This document shows, piece by piece, positions 24,070-35,234 of a stretch of DNA of 45,941 bases. The DNA comes from Polymyxa betae A26-41. Taxonomy: Eukaryota; Protista; Endomyxa: Phytomyxea. The DNA is taken from the NCBI GenBank assembly GCA_003693705.1, contig RBZT01000476.1, positions 1 to 45,941 of the forward strand. Direction: 5' to 3'. A program made the translations under genes and the position numbers. The notes under the pieces were generated by a model. That model did no database searches. It was not told where the DNA came from and was given only the letters and a program-made list of their open reading frames with translations. Numbering within the stretch: position 1 is the stretch's first letter; every line of letters begins with the position of its first letter.

Positions 24070-26280
24070 ATGGGCCCAGGCGACAACCAAGAGATGACGA
24101 CAGTCCAAGCAGCTCCAGCAAAGTTCACCAACAGCAAGTTGACTGAGGACAACTGGCTGATGTGGTCGTGGGAGTTCCTACTCGCGGCTGATAACTATGG
24201 TGTCATGGGGATCATTGAGGGATCAGAGAAGGCGCCTGACAGCGCTGAATTGAAGAACGAGTTTATTCGAAGGGCGAAGTTGGCAATGACCCAATTGTCA
24301 AGTGCATCGACGACTCCATGAAAATCAAGATCGCTGGAAAACGTTCCGCTCATGAGGCCTGGAAAGTACTGAAATCCTATCATGAAGGCAAATCGAGAAG
24401 CGACATTCAACGTCGCAGGGTTAGGGTGGAGAATTTACGATATAAGGATTTCTCCAAGATGACAGAATTCTTGGACACAATCAAGAGCAAAGCTTTACAA
24501 CTAGAAAGCATGGGTGCCGGATTGGACAAAGAAGACATAATTGTTATCGTCCTGGAGAAGCTACCGTATTTTCGCAAGCACGCAGCAGCAGCCATTCGTA
24601 ATGAACGTGGAAGCAACAAAAGAAGCCTGGAGGAGGTCCTCAAGTATTTGATGGATGAGGCAGATATTGAAGAGGCTTACCGCAAGCGACGCAATGGAGG
24701 ACGCAACAAGCGAGGTGACAAGGACGGCACTGAGCAAAATGAGGCGGCATTTTCTGTACGAGGACAAACGAACAAGAAAAATGGCCAGAATTCGAAACCA
24801 GGAGGGAAGTCAAAGGACGTTGTGTGCCATCGATGTGACAAGTCTGGACACATTGCACGCAATTGTCGTGAAATCCTGCGGGACGACACACCATCGACGT
24901 CAATTGCTCTACACGCAACATTTCTGGCCAAGACATCCCAAGAGAACCGATTACGAACATGGTGGATTGACTCAGGATGCACGGCGCACATGACCAACGA
25001 TGAATCGATTCTGAGTAATCTGCGTGAACCTAACACTGACGCTGTAATTATAGGCGATGGAACAAAAATGCAAGTGAGTGCAATGGGAGACTACAGTGAA
25101 GGGGGGCTCACCCTACGAAACACCTTACATGTCCCTGCCCTGAAGGACAACCTAATGTCCGTCAGCAGCGCTCTGGACAACGGCGTGGACAAAGTGGTTT
25201 TCCAGAAGAAGAGCGTTGAAATCATCAAGGAAGGGAAGGTGATCGCCACTGGCAAGAGAGACGGACTCCTGTTCTACTTGAGCATTAACGGCAAGCCGCA
25301 GCAAGGCGAACATGCAGCAGTAAACCTGCATAGACAAGCCCCAGTTAAGGCAACGTACGAGCTCTGGCACCGAAGATTGGGCCACCTACACTATGACGCT
25401 ATCAAGAAACTGCACCAAGAAGGCAGAATAATCGCTACGGGTTCAGTGCCGCAACAGCCATGCTCGACCTGCGTGATCAGCAAGCTCCCGCGAAAACCAT
25501 TCAGTCAAGGACGATCATTCGATCCAAAGCTGTGGGCGAGGTAATCCATTCTGACGTTTGTGGACCCTTCAATACCGTGGGCAACTATAACGCAAGGTAC
25601 TTCGCTACGTTCATCGATGATAAGAGTCGTTACATAGCAATCTACCCTATCGCGAAGAAGTCGGAAGTGTGCGACAAGTTCAAGGAACTCGCAACCGCAA
25701 TGGAAGCAGAATTTGGATGCAAGGTAATCCGTCAGCTGATATCCGACAACGGTGGAGAGTATGCAAGTGCGGCATTCCGTACGTACTGCAAGACCAATGG
25801 CATCAAGCAGATGACGACCATTCCGCATACGCCACAGCAAAATGGGATTGCGGAGCGAGCCAATCGGACGATCGTGGAAGGCACCCGAGCTCTGATGCAA
25901 GAAACGAAAATGCCACCCAGTTCCTGGTCAAGCTGTCGTGTACGCGGCGTACATTAGAAAACCGTTCACCGTCAAGAGTGCTTGATCACAAAACACCATG
26001 TCAGGTTCAACAATCCACCAGACCTGAGCAAGATCAAATTATTCGGAGCCAAGGTATACTACCACATACCTCAGGCAACACGCACAAAATTGGACAGCAC
26101 GGCCGACGCAGGATGCTTCGTTGGTTTCGCGTCATCCCAGCAAGGATTCCTCATACGGACCAAGTACGGCAAATTAAAAGCATCGAGAGACGTCGTGTTC
26201 ATGGAATGTCCCAGTGAAAACGAAACCCTGAACGAGGAAACTGAAGATGAGCTTCCTTTTCCTGTTCAGAGCAATTGCAG
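24070..26280 (+). pseudogene. copia gag-protease-integrase, frameshifted
   Basis: Zinc knuckle CHRCDKSGHIARNC; protease WWIDSGCTAHM; WHRRLGH...CSTC; integrase HSDVCGP, SDNGGEY, PQQNGIAER. Frameshifts near 24318, 25515 and 25930-26000. Confidence 0.93.
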
Positions 26281-26324
26281 GTGACGTTGTTTGCAGTGTA
26301 TGGTTACAAGTATTTCTGTTGCAG

Positions 26325-28039
26325 AATGTGACGGCTTCGCTCTCCACCATCTTGATACATGACTGATCATCTTCGAATACAGTAGTTGGCGAGTTTTCGG
26401 CTAATCCTAGGTCACTTAACAGCTGACGTAGCCATTTTACCTGTTGCACCGCGTGTGCTGCTGCTACATATTCGGCTTCTGTAGAACTAAGCGCCACGCA
26501 CTTTTGGTGGCGCGACCCCCAGAGAATTGCGCCTCCATAGACGATGAGGTACCCAGTCGTCGACTTGCGATTAGATGAGTTAGCCCAGTCGGCGTCCACA
26601 TAGGTGACCAGCTTGGACTTGGCAGGTGGTGGCGCGGCCTCCTGTGGCGCGGCCCTCGCATACTTGATGCCGTAATTCTTCGTTCCTTTCAAATATCGAA
26701 GCACTCTCTTCACGGCCGTGACGTCTTCGTCGGTGGGCGACTCCACTGCTCGAGCACACCGGGTGACGGCCGCTGCGATATCCGGACGAGCCGCGCATGC
26801 CGCAAACATCAGAGCGCCTACACATTCTCGATAGGGAAACTTGGTCGTTGACGCCACCGGTTCGGTCTTGACTGTCATGTTTTCAACACACATTGGCGTA
26901 GGGGCGGGTTTGCAGTCTTGCATCTTAAATCTTTCTAACATCGCTTCAATATAGGCTGAGAGCGATATCGTGTTGATGCCCGCTTGTAAGTTCTGATTGA
27001 CCTTCACGCCAAGCGAATGTGTGAGTAAGCCCATATCTTTCATCTTGTACTCTTGACTTAATAATTTCTTAACTATTCGTAGTTCGGCGTCGCTTGTGGC
27101 TGTCATTACTAAATCGTCGACGTATAGGGCCAGAATGACGAAATGCTGTCCAACACACCTTATGAACAGACACTGATCGGCGTTGCATTTCTTAAACCCG
27201 AGTTTACGTAGGAACGTTGAAACGGTAAGCCACCACGCACGACCTGCTTGCTTAAGACCATAAAGAGGGCGAACGTTTCCTCATAGTCAACACCCTGAAC
27301 CTGAGAGAAGCCCTTTGCGCACTGTCATATTCTCTCATTCCATTCGTTACCAAGTACTTCCTTTATTTCACTTTCCTTTTACATTTTCTTAGGAAGATTC
27401 TAAGATCGATATCTACCTTTCTTTCCTGTGCCGTTCGATGGTATCTGCGTACTTTTCGATCCTTATCTTCCATTCGTTCAATAAATTGGTTGAGTTCTGT
27501 TGACCCGACTATCGCCACCTTTTGAGTAGATCTATCTCGGTCTATCGGCTCTGGCAGCACACGCACAGACGTGCCTTGAAGCCTTTGAAATTTCCATCTT
27601 CGTCGGTCTTGATTTTGTATGCCCATTTACATCCAATAATGTTTACGCCTTCAGGTTTCTCGACAAGCCTCCAGGTGCCTTTCTGCATATGGCTCGCATA
27701 TTCATCATCCATTGCGGCGATCCAATCATCTGCATTTGGTAGTGTTATTGCCTCACGCCTTGAGCGCGGAGTGATCGTGCTTGAGGATACCATCAAAGCC
27801 TTGGCAGAATGTTGACAAGTCTTGCTGCTGGTCATGCGGTAATCAGACGGGGTGTATCTCCGAGTCTGCGTCCTTATTCTTGATCCTCGTCGTGGTCCAT
27901 CACTGTTCTCACTTTCTTGTTCATTATCATCCATACCATCCATGAGCTCTTGGTCCGTCTGGGAATCGTCGTCTACGTTATCTTCTCGGTCGGTATCTTC
28001 TTCACTTTTGTCCTGTTTCTGGGTCTGATGTTGCTGCAG
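26325..28039 (-). pseudogene. copia linker-RT-RNaseH segment, inverted relative to the LTRs and gag
   Basis: On the minus strand: WIAAMDDE, GCKWAYKIK, KARLC-AKGFSQVQGVDYEETFA, LYGLKQAGRAW, LYVDDL, YRECVGALM, YVDADWA, VALSSTEAEY. Confidence 0.93.
27323..27561. mobile_element. Nested solo LTR (239 bp) inside the copia RT
   Basis: TG...CA termini, perfect 5-bp TSD CGCAC (27318-27322 and 27562-27566), AATAAA at 27480. Removing it restores ARLCAKGFSQ. Confidence 0.9.
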
Positions 28040-28097
28040 TGAAGTTTCAAGATTTCACTCTGCGCATAATGACGCCGGCCAGCCCCGGTGAGGAGGG

Positions 28098-28303
28098 TGT
28101 TGGAGGCACCGGCGCATTGGCCACGGACAAAGGCAAGGACACTTCACCTGCAGCCAGTTCCTCCTCTCCTGAGACAACTACGCGCATGAACTAGCCTAGC
28201 CTAGTTGGAAATGCAAGTAGTCCCCTTCTTATCAAATATACAATCATTCCGTTATTGTCCCCATCTGAGAGTTTGTCATCTTTCGTAGACTCGCACCTCA
28301 ACA
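28098..28303 (+). repeat. 3' LTR (206 bp)
   Basis: Direct repeat of the 5' LTR, followed by TSD TCATC. Confidence 0.97.
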
Positions 28304-28662
28304 TCATCCTCAGTCGTACGTGATCAATCTCGCAACATATAGATATGGAAAGGAGGCGGAAAGCATGTTTTCACATCGAGAGACAGCGGTTGAACTTACC
28401 AGCAGTACCTCCTTCCTGGTTTCGATCCAGCCGGCTGCAGCGATCACGGTGATCCAAACGATCCTATCAAAGATTTGTGCTTTTTTTCTCCTGTTCACAT
28501 CATCGTCACAAGTTTCTCAATATCCGCTATTGCGATAGAGTTTGTGACTGAATCAGGCGAATACGTTGAAGAACCAATTGAGAAAGCGGTTTATGCAGGC
28601 CAGGTTAGTGATGAGCCCCAGCTCATTGATGCAAATTCTGGTTCAAACAATGAATGAATTTT

Positions 28663-28718
28663 TAGATGTCATCTATTTATTGGTCAATGCTAGATGTCAT
28701 CTATTTATTGGTCAATGC
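28663..28718. repeat. 28-bp perfect tandem duplication
   Basis: tagatgtcatctatttattggtcaatgc occurs twice in tandem. Confidence 0.95.
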
Positions 28719-29827
28719 TGACTTTCAGGACAGAATGATTACTGCTCTTACGCAGCTAACAAAAGGGCCGCATGGGCCAGGAAATGTCTTAGATAAAAGA
28801 CTTGCTGCAGCCCATCACTGCCAGCCTCAGGGTACCTCCGCCTAGTATAATTTCTGATGTTGCCATTTGGTTTTTTTATCTTGAATGATGGAGAGCTCGG
28901 ATAGTGCGTATATCCAAGCGTTAATCCAACGAAAATATCATGATCAATTCAGTCGTGCTTAATTGGGTTTTGAATAAACATACTGACGACTGACGAGTGA
29001 CGCCAAGCGACGAATCCCTCTTTAATTTGAAGGTCTTTTGAGCCTCACCGGCTCAATTTTATCGCCCAATTCACAGAGCCAATAATTGCTATGATGTTGG
29101 ATGCAAAAAATATATCAGACCTGATTGGTAATGTTGGAGACACCGGCCCAGTGGCTTCAGACACAGGTTTGGCTACTACATCCGTCAACAGTGAAATACG
29201 GTAAAGACCGACTCGCTACACGACGTATACTTGCCTTGGGTGGATACAGCAGCTTTTTTTCACATTGGAATACATCATATTCAATTGTCCCCATTCGCTA
29301 GCTTGGTTTCTGTTAGTAGATCCTTTCGTGTTGAAATATAAAATGATAGATCGCAGACAGGTGGGCATTTCCGATATCACCAGGAGCGCAATGCATTCTG
29401 TCTGTCTGAGGCAAATTCGCACACTGAAGCAGGCGCTCTTTGTCAGCCCTATTCTTGTTGTATCCGCATACTTTGCCATCACATTGCAGATGGAATTTCA
29501 TGTGATAAAAAAGAGATCCGCAGCGTGCTCCAAGTCAGGAGAAAATGACACATTTCATCACTGGAAAACATACATTATTCGACAATCTGTTAATGGTGTT
29601 ATGAGTTCATAGCACGCGGTCAATCCAGTTCTCACTGAATACAGACATACACACAGAATCAGATTCTGTTTGCGGAATGTTTCTATGTAGAACAAACGTT
29701 GCTTGATTTCGATCCTGTCAGCAAAATTGGCTTTGGTTTGATGGATCAATCTCACAATTGTTGACACAGAAAAAATTGGAGTTTCAGGCACTTGAAGAAC
29801 TGAGTCAATTCTACAATCCTTTACTGA

Positions 29828-31883
29828 TTATGTACTCTGGTTAGCGTTTACTGGAGATTGAGCAGGACATTGTCCAGTAGGACAGGACAATTATTCTGTA
29901 GAACATGATAATGATCTATTTGATGTCCAAATATATGAGAGAAATAATTGACATCATTATTACAATGATGTTCAAGACAGTACAATATTGGATTTACAGA
30001 ATCTCGGAGATATTCACTCAGATCATGTGAAATTCAAATTCAGCTTTTTCAGGTAATCATTCAGTCGCTGATTACACTCCAATATGAGCTTCTGTGATAT
30101 ATTCAGAAAATACAATTAAAACTTGAACACAGTAATACCGTCCCAAATCCTTTCATAGAATATCTCAATCGACAAAAAGCAGAATCATCTCTATTAAAAC
30201 CTTATTTATTGTCACTGACAATGAGAGTCTCATATCCGCACTTTGTATCCTTGCCATTGTGTCTAGAACAAAGCGTCACAAAATGACTATGGGAAAACGG
30301 ATTTCCCCATCGAGATTGAAAAGTCCGAAGATCATTCTGACAGCACATTGTAACACAGGAAAACACTGGATAACATGTTCGCTGTAACCAATGATCACAG
30401 CGTTCACGTGTCAGGTTCAATTTCGAGTCGGTAACCTTGGCACGAACAAATTTTAGAAATAAACTGGCCACCAATATCAACTTGTCCAAAGTGGTCTTGG
30501 AAGTCAAAAGTTCCGATGTTTCGTTCAATATGAGCTGATTATCAAGAAACTTTAATAATAATGGGGTCTGTTGCAGCTGGTCTGGTTATCAGTGGTCGGC
30601 TCAAAATGTTCGTATCAGTAAGAAACGCGTACTCTTCATCATCAGGATGCTTTTTCTGAATGACAGATTGAAGGAAAGATTCCGCATTCAAAATGCATAA
30701 AACTCACCAGAAAGGCACAGAGTGTAGTGTAGTCTGTGATCTTCTCGACACCAAAATCAAACAACCAAATTCAGGCAAAACCCTACACTTTGGCAGAGCG
30801 GGATCCCTTGGTGAACCATATTTCAACCGTTTCCGGACGGATTTTCGTCATTTTGTAGAGAAGGATGGCCAAAATAGATGAAAGAGTAATTTCGAACCTG
30901 ATTCATAGCGAAATCGGCAGTTAACAGTTTGGGTGGGCATTTATCCCCGGAACATCTTTCAAAAAGTCCCCAATGACGGAATGGATTCCCCCAGATTTTC
31001 TGAAACCTGCGGAGATCTTTCTGACAGCAATGCATAACACATCGTAATACAGGACGACACATTCCATACATACCATGTCGAAATCTAGCATCAACCTTCA
31101 ACCAAGACCATTCAAGATTCCGGGAGGCCCAGATCAATTTCCGATACAGATTCGCAATCAGAATCAGTTTCTGTAATGTGCTGCGAGCATAACGGATTTG
31201 TTTTATTTCACTCACATTCAGATCATATCCGTTCACAGTGATAACTAATTGAGAGTTGATCTTGGAGCATTGATCTGCATCGTCATCGGACTTTAAAGAC
31301 AAAAACAGAAGCTCCTCATCATTCGGCTCTTTGATCTAATCAGCTGTTAATATACTGGCGGGCAGCACGGCTTGTCAGAATTCACCAGGCAGAGACTGTT
31401 AAAGTCATTGATATCCGTCACATAGTGACTGAGGGAATACAGAGGGTCGTTAGGAGATAATGTCTGGTAAGTACGACGATAACTTCAGCTGTTTCATCAT
31501 TTCTGATTATGAAAATCTCAGAGATTTCTAAACCATGAGACTAGATACGGAAACATTGCATTGATAGTCTCCTGAATAGGAGCTAAAGCTGGAACATTAT
31601 CTGTATCGTGTAATAAAGATGTTGATGTTGAGGGCGTTTCAAAATCAGGTAAAGTCGATGCGATTTCTTGCCGCCAGAGAAATCTTACTGCTGTGTCTGT
31701 GAGAATGGGAGGATCCACACTCACATTAAGATCAGGAGGATAGACGCTGACATTAAGATCGAAAGGATAGACACGATCAGGAGCCGCTTCCACAGAATCT
31801 GTAACATTACAAGGCCCAAGATTGAATGCCACGAAGAACTCAGATAGGCTCAGAATCAAGAAGACAATCGCGGAGCCAACCAT
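29828..31883 (-). pseudogene. Paralog C of the secreted Cys-domain family, probably pseudogenised
   Basis: Signal peptide MVGSAIVFLILSLSEFFVA and three Cys domains homologous to A and B. The donor after IQETIN is changed to GC, the RKRP codons are deleted (~31470-31490), and there are premature stops and frameshifts (e.g. at 30202 and 30823). Confidence 0.78.
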
Positions 31884-32761
31884 TTCCAAGCGGAAGAGAT
31901 TCTGATCGTCGGACTTCAGGGATGAGACATTTTTTGTGGAGGAATCAAAATTCTGCGCCCAGTTTTGGCAAATTTATATTTTCGTGGTTTGAAGATTGTG
32001 TTGAGAATTGGCAGATATTAAGGATGAAGAGGAAATGATTCTGGACCCCACCCTGCATAGGTGGTGGCGCTATAACTGCAGACTCGGACAGCAATGGACG
32101 TCATAATCGCGGAGCAGGACCGACTGTCGAAATCCTGGACCGGCTGCCGAGCTGGTCGATGATAGACCGGCCCCAAGTGAGGCTGGCCCGACCCCAATGG
32201 GGGCGCTGCCTGCCGAAACAACGTTTCAGGATGTACGAGCCGAACGGAAGCGGCCTCCCTGTGCATCTCTCTCGAAATGGCTTCAGTCGCTTCTTCCTTT
32301 CAATCAATTTACATCGCCGCTGATCTGCTTAGCTATTCGCTGTGTGTTTATTAAACTGTACTGAGCTGTATCTTTCTTTATTGGGTTTGAGATCCGCACC
32401 CACAAATCTGATCAACTTCGAGGTATTTATTCTCATTTTATCGATTTCGATGCATTCTATAGGGTTGCAAACCCTAACTTAAAATACGTCGGTTTGTTTT
32501 TCGCGATAAATTTTTATCATATTCTTTGTGCACGAAGTCGCCATTTTCATCAGTTGGTAGTTCAATCGGCTTTCCACATTTTTGAAATGTCCTGTAAATT
32601 ATCTCGTCAACATATGCGTTGGCTAACTTCGGGACTAGGAATTCCGTTATTCTGTGATTTCGATGGTGTTTCGTCGTTTCATTTGAATGACTGGAAATTG
32701 CCGGTCAGTTAGCCAAAATATACTATTTTGATTAGGTGCTCAGGGATATATTTTCAATCAT

Positions 32762-33031
32762 TTATTTTAGTACAGAGTGTTTGGGTATTCTATCATACGC
32801 TTTTGTAAAGTCGTGTAATAAAGCTCTAAAATGTTGGTTGGTGCCTGCTGCTGTTCCCGAGTAGCGTGTCAGTCGCATCAGCGCTTGTGCAGTAGATTGG
32901 CCCTGTTGACATCCAATTTGATGCCGCAGAAGCTTTCGTTTAACTATTGAACGAACGAGGAGGAGGCGCGCGAACAGACGTCTGGGAACTAGTTGAGTCT
33001 TCGATTCCATGCCCTTACCTCGTGACGTCAA
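32762..33031 (-). pseudogene. Non-LTR (LINE-type) reverse transcriptase fragment
   Basis: LLRHQIGCQQGQSTAQAL...LHDFTKAYDRIPK matches the LINE RT motifs QxGFxxGxST and DFxKAFDxVxH. Confidence 0.65.
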
Positions 33032-34120
33032 TCTTATATGCTACGGTAGCCAGGGGTAACAAACTGCGCAGGCTTCGCCAGTTCCATCAAACTGCGCATG
33101 GTCGCTTGGTTAACAATTGTCTCCATTCAGGAGCAGGATGTAGAGCGAGGACATCCCTGCGCTTGGAGCGGTCGGCAATGCGGCTGGGCAAGGATTTTTG
33201 GCCACTATGACGGCTGCAGGAGTTGGGGTCGGCACGCCCCGCGATCTCCAAGACGCTTTGTAATCTCGATCAGATCTCTCTCTCTTTTCCTCTCTATTTT
33301 TATTTTTCTCTATATGCCACAGATCATACTCTACCTTAATCCAGCATTCTTCACTATTGTCTATATTCATCCGATTCGACCGATCCTCCATTAATTTTGT
33401 TACCAAAACGCCAGCCAGTCCATGTTCACCGCAACGCTTATGACGCTGGTCACGAGATGGAGGTTCGTAAGAAGTTTTCGGTCGACCGAACCGAATCCCC
33501 TGACAACCGCGGATGAGGTTGCCGAACCTGTCGTCCGCTCCCATGCGTTCACAGCGGAGCTTTCTACACAGCTGTACCCGGCAGCGAATGTTCCAGCATA
33601 TCTCGCCCCAGCCCTACAGGCAGCTCTGCGACGTCAAGAGCATAGGTATTGTCATAATTCTCACAACTAAAACACGTCAATGCGGCCATTTAATTCACGC
33701 TGCAGCGAGTCTTGTTCAGTTGCGCGCCTGTCGTGAGCTAATATCGGTTCCGAATCGAGCCACTCCTTAACAATATGGGGGTCGTCCCTGCCAATTTTTC
33801 CAGAACGACATCCCAGCTCAAACGGCTTCCCGGTTTGGCATTTGTTTTGTTTACTCAGCACGCCTCGCTGATGATAGGGTTTTAGGTGCTACAGTCGACG
33901 CTCTTCTGACCGCTTACGGTTTACCTCTCGAAGGTCGAGTAGAGCGTTGTCGTCGGCTCGGCATCTGGTGCGGCCTCCACCAGCGCTTTAATTGAAAATC
34001 TGTTTGACTGTGGGTGATCAGATAATTCATAACGAACTGTTTCGAATAATATTGACTGATGTTTACTCAGAAAATCTTGCGAGGTCTGTTCATTGTGGCA
34101 TTATGTATCGGTAGAAGTCT

Positions 34121-34426
34121 ATGGATTTATTACTTGATGATTTACAATATTTCGATATGACGCTCGAATTGGAGGACCTTAAGGAAGATGCCTTAATGGG
34201 GTATCTGGACTGGTTTGGATATGACGGTGTTCGTGATTTGCTAGATCGGCAACGTGCTATCCGGCGGAAATGGTGTCTGTTGCACCTCGAGGCGTCCAGC
34301 GTGTTCGAGCAGCTGGATATGTGTGCAGGTCTGTTCCCGCGCGAAATCAAGTTCAAGATCGCCAATATGATTGGGCCGTTGTTATTCGACGTCCGAGAAG
34401 TTTTCCCACCATTCAAGTTTGCCTGA
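34121..34426 (+). CDS. Small hypothetical protein (101 aa)
   Basis: ATG-initiated ORF with protein-like composition and a T-rich 3' flank; no recognised domain. Confidence 0.3.
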   Translation: MDLLLDDLQYFDMTLELEDLKEDALMGYLDWFGYDGVRDLLDRQRAIRRKWCLLHLEASSVFEQLDMCAGLFPREIKFKIANMIGPLLFDVREVFPPFKFA

Positions 34427-35234
34427 AAATATTTTTTTTATTTGTGTGAGTTGATTGTATCTGAATCAGTGTACGTTTTAGTCAACACAATCATAGACGT
34501 GCCTAATACCCCGTTGGTACGCGGCATCTTATGATCCACCACTAAATTTTGAGTCGTGCCTGTTATCTTTAAAAATAAAATCACTTACGTACTGATCTCG
34601 TTTAAGATCATTTGTCTAGATTCAACTCTTGCATTTACCTATACTTTCGATGAATTTTTGTCGCCCACCACAATCCAGGTTTGTTAGATTGAGGCGCAAG
34701 TCTACAGCGCAAAGACCATAGCCCGATCCGCAGCTAATAAACCTGCTCAAAAGGTCGTGGCGCTAAAACTAAAAATCATAAAAACGCCATCTACAAAAAG
34801 GTTATGTGAAGGACAAATAAACATTATCGGTAAGATACATGTCCCGAAATTCATTTATGAAATATTACAGTGTGGTAATAAGTCGATTATAGAGCGCGAC
34901 CAAAGGAGAAAAGATTCGAAACAGTTCGTTATGAATTATATGATCACCCACAGTTAGTTATATAAAGCTAGGGTTTGCAACCCTATAGAAATCTCACAAA
35001 GTTGTCAAGAAAACTGAATGGTCGCAAATCTGTTGAGAGGCGTTATTTCTGCACCCGATCATGGTGCTATCATGCAACATGAGGAATCAGCTTATCTTCT
35101 AAAAACATGGCGGCAATATAGCAGAAGAAAGTTCTTGATGAAAGCTTTGAATAAAATTCGGAAGTTGATACGCACTGAGACAAACGGAACGCATTTCTTG
35201 CCAAAATTCTCTATTACAATCTACATTGTCCTGC

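Larger units (their letters stand above)
23859..28303 (+). mobile_element. Full-length but defective Ty1/copia LTR retrotransposon
   Basis: LTRs 23859-24065 and 28098-28303 (TG...CA, about 5 substitutions plus 1 indel); TSD TCATC on both sides; PBS ggttatgggccca at 24066; PPT gaggaggg at 28090-28097. Confidence 0.97.
32455..34990. mobile_element. Segment bounded by a 26-bp inverted repeat pair; possible non-autonomous TIR element
   Basis: ttctatagggttgcaaaccctaactt (32455-32480) versus aagctagggtttgcaaccctatagaa (34965-34990), 1 mismatch. No TSD found. Confidence 0.5.
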
